Part shown: one piece after another, positions 1 to 9,290 of the stretch | Layout: the number at the start of each line of letters is the position of its first letter | How positions within the stretch are numbered: the stretch's first letter is position 1 | From: a virus | Taxonomy: Duplodnaviria; Caudoviricetes | Length of the DNA stretch: 64,000 nt | Reading direction: 5' to 3' (one strand) | Virus record (IMG/VR): IMGVR_UViG_3300037041_001930 | Notes under the pieces: model-generated | Seen by the model: the letters and a program-made list of their open reading frames with translations, nothing else | The model's database searches: none | Told to the model about the DNA's origin: nothing | Translations under genes and position numbers: made by a program

Positions 1-2072
1 GAAGTCAAAATCAGATCAAACTTTTCGACAGACGAACCACCGCGAACAAGTATAGTCCCCCAGTAGTCATTCCCACCACCATCAATTAAGATGTGCTTGC
101 TCTTCGAGTAGCCTGTGAGGCTTATACTTGTGTACGTCCATATAGGTCCCTGTACGTTAAGCGCCTCGGATATCCCCACACCACCTGCGACTTTTAGCGC
201 CCCAGTGGTAGACGATGTCGACGATGTGGTGTTTGCAATCGCGAGTCCACCACTCGCAAGCGTGGAGTTATATGTCAGTAGCGTACTGCCCGCCTGGACG
301 TTAGCCCCTCCCCAGTAAGCTACCTGCCCGGTTACCCCATTACCAGATACGACAGATGTTGGTAGATCTGCCAGAACTAGAGATCGAAATGTAGGGATAC
401 CGTTGCCACTGCTTGGAGCGGCGTAGACAGTGTTGGCGGCCTGGGGACCTGTCAGCGCGACATATGCGGCGCTCGACAAATGGTAAGCCTCCCCTGATAC
501 CCCACCCTGTATACCAGCGGTGTCATTGTGATTGACGATCCCTGAAGAAGAAAAAGCGACTGCGAACGCAGAATCAATCTGTGTCGCCGTCTCCGATGAC
601 TTCATGACAATAATGCGCCCAACAAGTATCCCCTGCTTGGAAATAACAGCAGGTAAACTCGCAGGTGGCTGCGAGGCCTGTGCCTGCGCTAGCGTGTACG
701 ACGCGGTCCCGAGAACCACGAATAGTCCACTGTCTGAAACAGAGCGGTACACCCAAGAAACGCTGTAATGGTTATTCCCTATCGTCTGTAGTCCGGTACC
801 GTTGTCGTACTCACTATTACTGTACTGTGTGCGCGATACCGCAGTCCACACCCCAGGTGAGGCATGATAGTACAGATGATACGACGTCGTCCCGGAGCTA
901 ACTACACCAAGCGGAATCTCGCTCCCATCATACCACACCGTACCCGCAGAGACCTCGATCTGTCTTGACCCCGGGTCAGATAGCGATAACCCATCCTGCC
1001 ATCCAAAGCGCTCAGTGTGAATGAGTCGGTGGGCGATTTTATTCGATAGCCCATAACCATAGGCGCCAACGCAGAAGACATGACCCTCATTGATAAGCCC
1101 GGTGTTCTCCCAGAATAGGTTGCATACAGCGATGCGATTAGCATGGTTGATCAGAGTGTTGTCGGTAATGACCTCGTAAACTGGTGTGCCCGCGTTATAG
1201 AAGACAGTGAGGTAGTAATACGTGTTCGCTGAGAGCTGATAATTAGTCAGCTCAGGTATCACGAAGGACGTTGTATCCCCACTGAAGTCAGCGTTTGGAT
1301 TCAAATTAGCACTGATGCTCGACACATTGAGTAGGCCCGTGACGCCGATTGTAACTACAGGGACCGAGGTTCCCCCGCTACTGAGAAGGGAGCTTCGACC
1401 AATAATCTTGGTAATCGGCAATAGCGGGATGTCCGTGAAAACCAGAGAACGGAAGGCGGGGGCTGCTGGGTCTGCCACGGGATCCGCGGGGCCAGCGAAC
1501 ACGAGGCCTGGAATCTGAGGTGCCCACGCAGCAGTGAGCTCGCCCACCCCAGTAACAGGAGATCCTGTTACGGAAAACTCAGGGGGGAGTGCGAGACCAA
1601 CAGAGGTCACCGTCCCCACCCCAATCATACCGGACCATCCGCTACCGTTAAAGTGGAGATACGCCCCCGTGGCCTTGTTAAATGATATAGTCCCGAGGAC
1701 TGCAGGTACGAAGAACCATGCGCCATCCCGCCAGCTCGCATAGGCGTGGGCATGCCCGTCCCAGGCCCCGGTCGGGAGTGGTCCCACGATCCAGCGCTGC
1801 CCCGGCAAAGGGGCTACCGGCGGGGTGTTCGTGATGGTCTGAACAGGGTCACCCCAGAACCCATCAGCGATTCTGCGGTCAACGGTTCGCCGTGTGGTCA
1901 AATGGGCATCTGCGGTGGCGTCTACGCCGGCCACAGCGGCCACGAATGGATGGAGACCATCCGTGGTGACGACATCGGGCTCCAGGGTATCCGTGTCGAT
2001 AGGATTCGTAGGGGAAACCCTGCGAAGCTGGCGACCATCGAAGAACACTGGCTTCTGAGGAGTGCTTGGCAT
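1..2072 (-). CDS. DUF2793-domain tail-fibre-like virion protein (3' end runs off the window)
   Basis: Not in the ORF track because its stop lies outside the window. Manual translation from the ATG at 2072 (TAATG overlap with the 2072-2539 gene) gives an open frame to position 1: MPSTPQKPVFFDGRQL...PPVAPLPGQRWIVGPLPTGAWDGHAHAYASWRDGAWFFVP...YLHFNGSGW. This matches the DUF2793 pattern and is followed by Gly/Ser/Thr-rich fibre-like sequence. Confidence 0.85.
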   Translation of the reverse strand, partial: MPSTPQKPVFFDGRQLRRVSPTNPIDTDTLEPDVVTTDGLHPFVAAVAGVDATADAHLTTRRTVDRRIADGFWGDPVQTITNTPPVAPLPGQRWIVGPLPTGAWDGHAHAYASWRDGAWFFVPAVLGTISFNKATGAYLHFNGSGWSGMIGVGTVTSVGLALPPEFSVTGSPVTGVGELTAAWAPQIPGLVFAGPADPVADPAAPAFRSLVFTDIPLLPITKIIGRSSLLSSGGTSVPVVTIGVTGLLNVSSISANLNPNADFSGDTTSFVIPELTNYQLSANTYYYLTVFYNAGTPVYEVITDNTLINHANRIAVCNLFWENTGLINEGHVFCVGAYGYGLSNKIAHRLIHTERFGWQDGLSLSDPGSRQIEVSAGTVWYDGSEIPLGVVSSGTTSYHLYYHASPGVWTAVSRTQYSNSEYDNGTGLQTIGNNHYSVSWVYRSVSDSGLFVVLGTASYTLAQAQASQPPASLPAVISKQGILVGRIIVMKSSETATQIDSAFAVAFSSSGIVNHNDTAGIQGGVSGEAYHLSSAAYVALTGPQAANTVYAAPSSGNGIPTFRSLVLADLPTSVVSGNGVTGQVAYWGGANVQAGSTLLTYNSTLASGGLAIANTTSSTSSTTGALKVAGGVGISEALNVQGPIWTYTSISLTGYSKSKHILIDGGGNDYWGTILVRGGSSVEKFDLILT

Positions 2073-2539
2073 TATTCATCCTCGCCATCACGGCTCAAAA
2101 ACTTGTTGAGAAGATATGCGGAACCCAGGCCGAGGCCGGCGCCAGCAGCGGTGCCCCCTGCGGCGATACCAGTGGTCGCCATGGGACCCCCGTCGCCGTA
2201 ACGCGCATGCCGTCTGGCGACCTCACCACCGAGGCCAGCGCCGAGTTCGGTACCCGCGCCACCCAGGGCGCCAGTGATGGCCCCCTTCATGGTATCCCGG
2301 AGTTTGTCGCCCTTCTTCGCCGTGAGGTACTTGTAGGCGCCGAGACCGAGTCCACCGAGGAGAGCCCCCTTCCAGGGGACACTCATGCCCAGGGATTCCG
2401 CGAGACCAACCCCAGGTGTGGGATTCGGAGTCGGGAGATCGTAAACTGGAACAGGGGCACGCTCGGGCTGCGCGAGCAATGGAGTCGCCTCAGCGGCGAC
2501 TTTAACAAGACTGGAAGCCAAGAAGACGTCGAGTGTCAT
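2072..2539 (-). CDS. Glycine-zipper / hydrophobic-helix protein, probable virion protein
   Basis: 155-aa ORF with GxxxG-rich hydrophobic helices and an acidic C-terminus. Overlaps both neighbours by a few bases. Confidence 0.7.
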   Translation of the reverse strand: MTLDVFLASSLVKVAAEATPLLAQPERAPVPVYDLPTPNPTPGVGLAESLGMSVPWKGALLGGLGLGAYKYLTAKKGDKLRDTMKGAITGALGGAGTELGAGLGGEVARRHARYGDGGPMATTGIAAGGTAAGAGLGLGSAYLLNKFLSRDGEDE

Positions 2540-3273
2540 AGAATTACCGCCATGCTGAAATCAACGAGGGCTTTGGTAGTCGTCAGCGCCCTGCACAGGG
2601 GGACCGCGGCTTCAGCGGCAACACCGACGGCGTCGGGGTTGAGTACCCATTTGCCCGAGACATTGGAGAGATAGTAAACCCGGTTCGGAATCAGAGCTGA
2701 GGACCCCGTGAGATAGTTGATCTCACCTGAGGTGAGTTCGATGACGTGCCCGGGGAGTATGATGCCGAAGTCATCAACCGGTGGGTTCGGAGACGCGGGT
2801 ACCGTGGCGCTCAGGAGCCCCAGGGGTTCATAGATCCCGGCGGCAACTGAACCCGCGCCGGCGCTGGCGAGACCAACCTTCCCCGGACTCGATGTCCGCA
2901 CGGCGGCACCCTTGCGAAGGGATACCATGTTAGGGATTCCTGCGAACTGGGAGCCCGCTGAACTCCCGCTACCCCCGGTGTAGTTATAGGTGACCCCGCC
3001 ACTGCGATACCGTAAGGAGACCGCACCGCCGTCATCAAGGATCCAGAAGTCGCCTTCTTGAGGCGACACTGGATCACTCAGAAACCTGGGGATGATTATT
3101 CTGCCATCCCCACGGACACCGTGTTTAACGACGCCTTGGTTTTCCCATTGATCCAGGACAGCACCAGCGGCAACCTCGGCCTCCGTGTTCGCGGAGGCCA
3201 CGGGGCCCACACCGGGGCGCAGAATCCTGCGCTCTCCATTAGCGGGGTTATTGACTGAGCGGATGATCCCCAT
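2536..3273 (-). CDS. Putative virion structural protein
   Basis: 245-aa ORF, Gly/Ala/Val-rich. C-terminal G..YYLS...G motif is typical of phage decoration/fibre domains. Coupled to its neighbour by an ATGA overlap. Confidence 0.65.
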   Translation of the reverse strand: MGIIRSVNNPANGERRILRPGVGPVASANTEAEVAAGAVLDQWENQGVVKHGVRGDGRIIIPRFLSDPVSPQEGDFWILDDGGAVSLRYRSGGVTYNYTGGSGSSAGSQFAGIPNMVSLRKGAAVRTSSPGKVGLASAGAGSVAAGIYEPLGLLSATVPASPNPPVDDFGIILPGHVIELTSGEINYLTGSSALIPNRVYYLSNVSGKWVLNPDAVGVAAEAAVPLCRALTTTKALVDFSMAVIL

Positions 3274-3344
3274 GTGCGCAGCCTAAGGCTTCAAGCCGAC
3301 GAGGAAAGCCTATGCCCTCGCCCTGAACAGTCTCGGCGTCGAGA

Positions 3345-3602
3345 CTATTCAGGTTCCTCAACTGAAACCGCGGACAAGGGATCAGGCGACAGGGCTTCCA
3401 TGGTCCACCCGGTGAGCCCAGACATCTTGCGGAGCAAGTCGATCGTGGGGGTTCTCCGGTTCGCCTCGATGAGACTGAGGTAGGAGTCACTGACCCCCAG
3501 AGCTGCTGCCATCTTGTCCTGGGCGAGCCCGCATTCATGGCGGGCCTGCTTCCAGGCCTCACCGAGATTTCGGGGCTGGGGAGGCTTGGGCTTGTTAGTC
3601 AT
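3345..3602 (-). CDS. XRE/Cro-C1 family helix-turn-helix transcriptional regulator
   Basis: WKQARHECGLAQDKMAAALGVSDSYLSLIEANRRTPTIDLLRKM is a canonical HTH_3 pattern. Confidence 0.9.
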   Translation of the reverse strand: MTNKPKPPQPRNLGEAWKQARHECGLAQDKMAAALGVSDSYLSLIEANRRTPTIDLLRKMSGLTGWTMEALSPDPLSAVSVEEPE

Positions 3603-4345
3603 GATATCTTTCCTGCGGCGAAGTCCCGGAGGACCTGTTTCGCCATGGGGATGAAGTCCTGTACTGGGGTTCCCTCGGCGATGTCCATGATGGCCGCGGC
3701 GAGTTGCACCACACTTGTCGAGCCTCTAAGAGGACCCATGTCCTGCTTGGGTATCGAGGCTGGATCCCCGTATGCCACACCCACCGTGGTTTCCACAGGG
3801 GGCTCACTCAGGGGTCCATTGGTGTTGACCTGGTTGGGTGCCAGGGCTGCGCTGGCCCTGCAGGGGTCGGTAACACTGGGGCCAGGGGAGGTCATGCCGT
3901 GGACAACCCCGGGGCCACCATCGACGACATGGGCCTGATCTGGTGGGTTCATGAAGCCATGCTTGTTGGTCCCCGCGGCTTCCGCGGTCGCCAGGGTCTC
4001 CGCAACCGTTGGAGCCGCCATAGGCGGTTTCGCCACGTTCTGGTGTGTAGGGCTCGACTGGACCACGGACTCCCCGACAGCGGCACGTACCGCGGCCTGG
4101 ATCTCAGAGATCCGATTAGGATTGGCTTCAAGGGTGGTCGCAGGCATGAAGTCGGGACCATAGGCATTGGTGAGCATGTAATCCCTGCGCTCACCGATGA
4201 TGCCAGGGATCCACCGTCTGGCCTGCCCGAACATCGGGATGCCCTTGGTGCACTTCATGACCACCAGCATCCCGAAGGGATCAATGGCGGCGTGTGTGCA
4301 CCCCGGAAAGAATCGTTCGAGCTGTTCCCAGTTATAGGACGACAT
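3599..4345 (-). CDS. Hypothetical protein with Pro/Ala-rich low-complexity centre
   Basis: 248-aa ORF, ATGA overlap with the HTH gene, SD-like GAGG upstream. Confidence 0.7.
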   Translation of the reverse strand: MSSYNWEQLERFFPGCTHAAIDPFGMLVVMKCTKGIPMFGQARRWIPGIIGERRDYMLTNAYGPDFMPATTLEANPNRISEIQAAVRAAVGESVVQSSPTHQNVAKPPMAAPTVAETLATAEAAGTNKHGFMNPPDQAHVVDGGPGVVHGMTSPGPSVTDPCRASAALAPNQVNTNGPLSEPPVETTVGVAYGDPASIPKQDMGPLRGSTSVVQLAAAIMDIAEGTPVQDFIPMAKQVLRDFAAGKIS

Positions 4346-4377
4346 CGCAGCACCTCATGCCGCACAGCCTATGAGGG

Positions 4378-4392
4378 TTGACTCCCTGTAAA
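4378..4392. promoter_or_regulatory. TTGAC-N5-GTAAA motif copy (reads on + strand)
   Basis: TTGACTCCCTGTAAA in the intergenic gap upstream of the 3599-4345/HTH pair. Confidence 0.6.
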
Positions 4393-4405
4393 GAGACAAA
4401 ACGAG

Positions 4406-4439
4406 TCGAGGTCACGTCCCCGGGGAGACGTGACCTCGA
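4406..4439 (-). terminator. Intrinsic terminator after the 4459-4938 gene
   Basis: 13-bp perfect inverted repeat TCGAGGTCACGTC/GACGTGACCTCGA, followed on the minus strand by a T-rich stretch. Confidence 0.7.
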
Positions 4440-4458
4440 TTCCTAGAATCACTTGAGA

Positions 4459-4938
4459 TTAGGGAATGAAGGCGATGGCTTCGACGGCGACATCCCAACC
4501 CACGGTTTCAGCGGCGGCGCCGGTGACCTTGAGCTTGAGGACATTGGTGTCGTTGATCAAGGCGACGACATAGGCGGCTTCACCGATGTGATCAACCACA
4601 GTGGGGGAGCCGGATTCCAACAGGGTGACTGTTGAACCCACGACCTTGACGAGGTAGCGACGGATCTCGGCGGCGACTTTGGCACCATCGGATTTGCGAG
4701 CCACGGCTTTGACTTCGATCAGGCTGACGCTGCCATCGGCGAAGATGCCTGCGGGGAGGCGTTGGTCACCGTTCTGAAAGAGTTCAGTGGCGGTGGCGTT
4801 GGTTGTGGTGCCGAGGAAGTTGAATTTCTCGACATTACGGTTTTCCAGGGCACGCTTGGTCTTGGCGCGGCCTGTACTGCGTTCGCGGGAATCCACGGGA
4901 AGGCGGAGAGCGCCGGCTTCATTGATACCTTTGGTCAT
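4459..4938 (-). CDS. Putative virion structural protein (TTTNATATELF-type beta domain)
   Basis: 159-aa ORF with SD AGGAG and a strong C/G third-position bias. The GTTTNATATELF...IEVKAVAR pattern recalls phage fibre/decoration domains. Confidence 0.65.
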   Translation of the reverse strand: MTKGINEAGALRLPVDSRERSTGRAKTKRALENRNVEKFNFLGTTTNATATELFQNGDQRLPAGIFADGSVSLIEVKAVARKSDGAKVAAEIRRYLVKVVGSTVTLLESGSPTVVDHIGEAAYVVALINDTNVLKLKVTGAAAETVGWDVAVEAIAFIP

Positions 4939-5033
4939 GGGAAATCTCCTGGAAGAGTTGACGAGGACGTCGGTGAAGTCCCTAGAGTAAGTGGGATCTC
5001 AGGTTGTGGAAGAGGGGTTCGGCGTCGCCAGCA

Positions 5034-5064
5034 ATAAAAGGGCCCTCAGGTTTCCCTGAGGGCC
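5034..5064 (-). terminator. Intrinsic terminator downstream of the ribonucleotide reductase gene
   Basis: Minus strand reads GGCCCTCAGG-GAAA-CCTGAGGGCC-CTTTTATT: 10-bp stem, GNRA loop, U-tract. Confidence 0.85.
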
Positions 5065-5178
5065 GCTCCGACACCGAAGTGTCCACCAATCTATCACTGT
5101 CGCCCAATTCACCCACCCCTGAGGACCTGGGCGACCCCAGAAATCTACCATGGCTTGGGGATCCGACAAGGCCTACTA

Positions 5179-8100
5179 TCAGGCGTGTTGTAAGGTGCAG
5201 GCTCCACCCGCACATGCCATCTCAGGTTGGGTACCCTTGGTGCCATCGTGTTCCTCGACCATCAGGGAGTAGTCGACATCACGCCAGCTCCGGGTCAAAC
5301 GTTCCCAGAGGTGGAGGTTGTTGACTTCCTTGAGGCAATAGGTCATCTGCTTCAGCGCAGCGTCACGGTCAGCCTTGCGCTCATAAGTCATCTCTACTGG
5401 GCACTGGAAGTAATTCTCTGCGAACTTCCTGGCCCTACGTATCCAATCCTTCTTGAGTTCATGGACGTGCTCATAGGCCTCGCGGATGGCATCAGGGAGT
5501 GCATCGGGATCCCCAGGATATGGAACACCATTGGCGAGAACGGCGGCTTCACCAAGCCCCATCACGGTATCACATGCCAACCAGAGATTGTTACCAAAGG
5601 CGTGGAGTCCATCTACGATGAGACCAGATGCAAAGAAGGCGCCGCGACCATAGCGCTCCAGGATCTCACTTTCCGTGCGGACCTCGCAGAACGGGGCCTG
5701 GGGGTAATCGAGATCCCCTGATGTCCCCAGGATGCTGACCCCCGTGAAGGACTCACGGTTATCGTAGATGTACCGTGCCGCGGCCTCCTCTTGGGTCTGC
5801 CGGATCGTGATCGTGTTGGAGACATTGTGGTGCAGCCAGGGCTTCACTGCTCTCGCGGGGACACTGCCAGCGGCGACCCAGTTGTCCTGGGTGAGTTTGA
5901 CGTACTCGAGCTGCTTGAGCCCATTGACCTCGCGCCGCGTCAGGGCCTCATCGGAGGCCTCGATGCAGAACGTGATCACCGCGGTGTTACCATTGGGCTC
6001 CCACACCGAGCGTTCAATGGCATCGGGATTGTGGACCTTGAAGTATTGGAAGGGGGCCTCGTTGATGTTGGCCTGGGCCCTACGGAAGTATCTCTTGGCG
6101 TGCTGGGCATGAATACCGCTAGAGGTCCCGAGCAGGCAAGACGTCGAACCCGCGGGTTTAACACATGTCGCCCGTGCAGTTGGCCGGATACCCAGACGAG
6201 GTGCGAGATGCGCGTTGACATCGAGGATGAGCTGGGCCAGGGCGCGTTGCTTCTGGGGATCAAAAGACTGTGTGGGGTTGTCCATCATCCCGGTCATGGA
6301 GACCCCGAGCAGGGCCTCACGCTTCGCAATGCACTCGCTGACATTGCCGAGGTAGTCGAACTTGGTGTACCCGGCCTGGAGTGTGCCCAGGATCGCCGCA
6401 GCGGTACACGCGAGACCCCAGTCCTTATCGGTGCGGCACGCCTTCGCGTTGACTTCACAGAGGTTGCATTGCTTGGTGAGTACGTTGTTGAACACACAAC
6501 AATGTGTGTCCGGTTCCTCTAAGCAGTAGGTATCACCTTTTCCTAAGAAATTTACTGACCGGATTATCTGGTGCTTGCCCTTGCAGCGTGGGGTGTACCC
6601 CTTAGATGTATCCAAGCGATGACACGGTATCTTCTGGCACTCAGTAATCTGGATATACCATGATGCCTCAGTCCGTTCCCCAAAGTTGGTGGCGGCATCA
6701 TTATGAAGATTGACGGAGCACAGGATTCCAACTCGGCTTAATAGAAGCTGGGCGTCGCGACAACGTGACTCGGTACCGTAAATCCGGATACCATTGCCAG
6801 CCTGGGAACCATCGGCATCAGCCCACCCCGCGATGAATGATAAGATGCTATCCGATGACCACGCGTGTAGATCACGCAAGGCGTTCGGATCTCTTTTCAA
6901 TCGTGTAGCAAAACCAACGTCGATATCAAAAACGATATCAACTGAGTCGACCCCGTATCCTGGTTTCCTGACACGCGGGCCCCGCTTGCCATCTAGTGGT
7001 AGATCAATTTTAGGACCATATAGAGTTGCCTTCGCACGCCCTTTACCGTGAAGAGGTTCCGTGTGACCATCCCCAAGTAGGAAACCCATCTCATAGGCAC
7101 AGGGTTCATCGAGCCCTGGCTGCTCCTGAAAACCACTACGGGGAACATGGATGGGGTGATCCGAGAATTGTAATAGTTTACCAGTGGGCACCTCAGAGTA
7201 TCCCTTGCCAAATCTATCTTTTACCAACCAGACATGATCCTCAGTGCAGTCGAGAAAACTGCCATCGCTGAGCTCAACTCGATAGAGCTTCCGATTACTG
7301 CCAGTGGAAAACGGTTTAGCCACGCACCACCTGGTGCCATTCCATATCTTTATCTGCTTACCGACTACATCCTTGATAGCGTGGATGCCGTCCTCAGTCA
7401 TCAGAAGCGTATCCCCGCCGACGCAGAATGCCCAACCACTGAGCTCATCGTCTTGGTTGACTATTGCGGCGTGGGTGGATCCATCATTGAAATCGACGTC
7501 AACGAGCCGACGCCCATCCTGCAGTAACTGGGTACGTGATGCGGGGTCGTTCAGGATCTCCTTGAGATCCTTCCGAGAAATCGCGGGGTACATCCCAGTT
7601 TCCACGCAGGGGTTCACCATGAGCTCCGTGCTATCCGACCACACGAACCCGGGCTCCCCGTACTGGCGACGCGCCAACATGAAGATGTCATGGAAGGCTT
7701 CCCAGGAGGTCTCACCACGGATCAGCATCGCCGAGTTATTAGAACGCGCGCGCTGTGGGTTGTCCTGCATCCAGTTCCCAGTCTTCGCATTCATCATCTC
7801 GTGGTCGTCGACACTGAACAAGCAGATCGTGGCACTGCGGCGAACCCCGCCGGCGAGGACGGCATCCGAGGCGTGCATGATGATGTCATAGACGTCGATG
7901 GGGCGGAGACGGCAGTCCTCACCATGGCAGCGAGTCAGCGCGGCATCGAGGACCCCTCTGATCTTCTCTAGGGATGCTGACAGCGGCCCAGGCCCCGGGG
8001 CCTTGCCGGCACCCGTGCTCAGACTCGAGCCCTGGTTACGGATCCGGGAGTAATCGAAGCTGACATGACTGCCCATGTAATCAGAGAAGCATCCGGGGTG

Positions 8101-8661
8101 TTGGAAGGACACCTGGGAATCATTGCCTGGTGCGGTTTCTTCCGCGAACTCGTTCATACCACTGCCAAGACATCCATAGGACGCCAGGAGGACACCAAGG
8201 GCATCCGCCCAGCCTTCAACAGAGTCGGCAACCGTGAACACCTTGATCTGATGTTTATCCACGGCGATTAACTTGGGCAGCTTGGCGACGTGGTGGAGTT
8301 GAACCGAGAACCCGGTGCCGCAGCCACAGAGCAGGAGATACAAGCACTCCTGGAAGAAGCGGGGGCGATCCGCGTAGGACCCCGAGCAGTTGAACGCACG
8401 GGCTTCCTTCCTCAGGATAGGGGAACCTCCGAACTGAAGAGCTCTCTGGGAGCCTAGAACCAAACCAGCCTTCATGGCTTCCAGACAGGTCTTCAACTCA
8501 GCTTCGATATCAAACCCTTTGTACTTCGTGCGGTGCATGTCGATGACGCGTTCAAAACTCTCACTTGGTATCTCTCGGCGATTCAGTTCAGGGATAAAGC
8601 ATCCATAAGACGCTGCGAACTTATAGGCTGCTAGGGATTGCGTTGTCATATGACACTCCAT
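5179..8661 (-). CDS. nrdJ: Class II (adenosylcobalamin-dependent, monomeric RTPR-type) ribonucleotide reductase, intein-containing
   Basis: Motifs SQRALQFGG, FNCS, CGTGFSVQ, GGVRRSA, RARSNNS, GEPGF, NPCVE (thiyl Cys), CNL, TCVKPAGSTS, HNVSNT and the C-terminal CAGGAC redox pair. No ATP cone. True start may be the second Met at 8649. Confidence 0.95.
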   Translation of the reverse strand: MECHMTTQSLAAYKFAASYGCFIPELNRREIPSESFERVIDMHRTKYKGFDIEAELKTCLEAMKAGLVLGSQRALQFGGSPILRKEARAFNCSGSYADRPRFFQECLYLLLCGCGTGFSVQLHHVAKLPKLIAVDKHQIKVFTVADSVEGWADALGVLLASYGCLGSGMNEFAEETAPGNDSQVSFQHPGCFSDYMGSHVSFDYSRIRNQGSSLSTGAGKAPGPGPLSASLEKIRGVLDAALTRCHGEDCRLRPIDVYDIIMHASDAVLAGGVRRSATICLFSVDDHEMMNAKTGNWMQDNPQRARSNNSAMLIRGETSWEAFHDIFMLARRQYGEPGFVWSDSTELMVNPCVETGMYPAISRKDLKEILNDPASRTQLLQDGRRLVDVDFNDGSTHAAIVNQDDELSGWAFCVGGDTLLMTEDGIHAIKDVVGKQIKIWNGTRWCVAKPFSTGSNRKLYRVELSDGSFLDCTEDHVWLVKDRFGKGYSEVPTGKLLQFSDHPIHVPRSGFQEQPGLDEPCAYEMGFLLGDGHTEPLHGKGRAKATLYGPKIDLPLDGKRGPRVRKPGYGVDSVDIVFDIDVGFATRLKRDPNALRDLHAWSSDSILSFIAGWADADGSQAGNGIRIYGTESRCRDAQLLLSRVGILCSVNLHNDAATNFGERTEASWYIQITECQKIPCHRLDTSKGYTPRCKGKHQIIRSVNFLGKGDTYCLEEPDTHCCVFNNVLTKQCNLCEVNAKACRTDKDWGLACTAAAILGTLQAGYTKFDYLGNVSECIAKREALLGVSMTGMMDNPTQSFDPQKQRALAQLILDVNAHLAPRLGIRPTARATCVKPAGSTSCLLGTSSGIHAQHAKRYFRRAQANINEAPFQYFKVHNPDAIERSVWEPNGNTAVITFCIEASDEALTRREVNGLKQLEYVKLTQDNWVAAGSVPARAVKPWLHHNVSNTITIRQTQEEAAARYIYDNRESFTGVSILGTSGDLDYPQAPFCEVRTESEILERYGRGAFFASGLIVDGLHAFGNNLWLACDTVMGLGEAAVLANGVPYPGDPDALPDAIREAYEHVHELKKDWIRRARKFAENYFQCPVEMTYERKADRDAALKQMTYCLKEVNNLHLWERLTRSWRDVDYSLMVEEHDGTKGTQPEMACAGGACTLQHA
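6469..7425 (-). mobile_element. Intein (319 aa) with LAGLIDADG homing endonuclease, inside nrdJ
   Basis: N-junction GWAF|CVGGDTLLMTEDG, endonuclease blocks YEMGFLLGDG and FIAGWADADGS, C-junction HCCVFNNVLTKQ|CNLCE. Visibly AT-richer than the flanking extein sequence. Confidence 0.92.
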
Positions 8662-8705
8662 GTAGTCGTTGGTTTTTTCGTCACAGGTGCTACATCCTGT
8701 GGGGG

Positions 8706-8720
8706 TTTACTGTCAGTCAA
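8706..8720 (-). promoter_or_regulatory. TTGAC-N5-GTAAA motif copy upstream of nrdJ
   Basis: Minus strand TTGACTGACAGTAAAC, about 45 bp upstream of the nrdJ start. Confidence 0.65.
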
Positions 8721-8736
8721 GTCTGGTTGTGTTGGC

Positions 8737-9021
8737 CTAAGTGCGACGTCGGGTGGGTTGTGTTGCCACGCGTTCTGTTTCCAGAATGGTTACGCGTGTT
8801 TTCAAGTCTTCCACTGAATTCAGGAGATCAACACAGAGGTCAAGGAAGGGTGCGGACTCCTTGAGTTTCTTTTTAATCGGGGTAGATGTCGAGGGGGCCC
8901 CGGGCGCGCGGACCACTGGAGTCTTCCTGTAGCCGACACCATCGCCAGCGAGCATGCGGTCGGTGGTGGGCGCGTACTCCACCGGCGTACACCGTGGAGC
9001 CGGTTTCGTTTTCTTTTTCAT
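8737..9021 (-). CDS. Hypothetical basic protein with short coiled coil
   Basis: 94-aa ORF, Lys-rich N-terminus, LLNSVEDLKTRVTILE heptads. Confidence 0.65.
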   Translation of the reverse strand: MKKKTKPAPRCTPVEYAPTTDRMLAGDGVGYRKTPVVRAPGAPSTSTPIKKKLKESAPFLDLCVDLLNSVEDLKTRVTILETERVATQPTRRRT

Positions 9022-9024
9022 GAA

Positions 9025-9219
9025 TCACCCGACGGCTGCCATTGCAGCGGCGAAAGCGGCTTGCGGGAATCTCACCGTGGCGGCGTCGAGTCCCCGAAAT
9101 CTCACGTTCACAAAATTGGGATCATCGTCGGGAGCATACCAAGTGATCTTGGTAAGATCATAGGCAGGACCATCGGCCCCATTCGGATACCAGATCTGTG
9201 GGGATGTCACAAGTGCCAT
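9025..9219 (-). CDS. Free-standing ~60-aa module, paralogue of the C-terminal repeats of the 1122-aa protein
   Basis: 64-aa ORF with pattern W.P.G..G..YDL..I.W......V.VRF.......F...AF.AAM. Confidence 0.75.
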   Translation of the reverse strand: MALVTSPQIWYPNGADGPAYDLTKITWYAPDDDPNFVNVRFRGLDAATVRFPQAAFAAAMAAVG

Positions 9220-9290
9220 ACGATTCCCTTACTCTATCGAGGTCAAAGATGGCTGGATTCTGGCAGGTCAAGTCGAGGCGCAAGTCGGGG

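Noticed and set aside
5099-5135. Hairpin GTCGCCCA...TGGGCGAC after nrdJ as an ncRNA, SECIS or antiterminator
   Set aside because: Only an 8-bp stem with a 21-nt loop. nrdJ ends in TGA TAG TAG, so Sec read-through makes no sense, and complementarity to the terminator is short.
8662-8736. Cobalamin riboswitch or NrdR box upstream of the B12-dependent RNR
   Set aside because: The gap is only about 75 bp with no B12-box or NrdR-like palindrome; only the TTGAC-N5-GTAAA motif is present.
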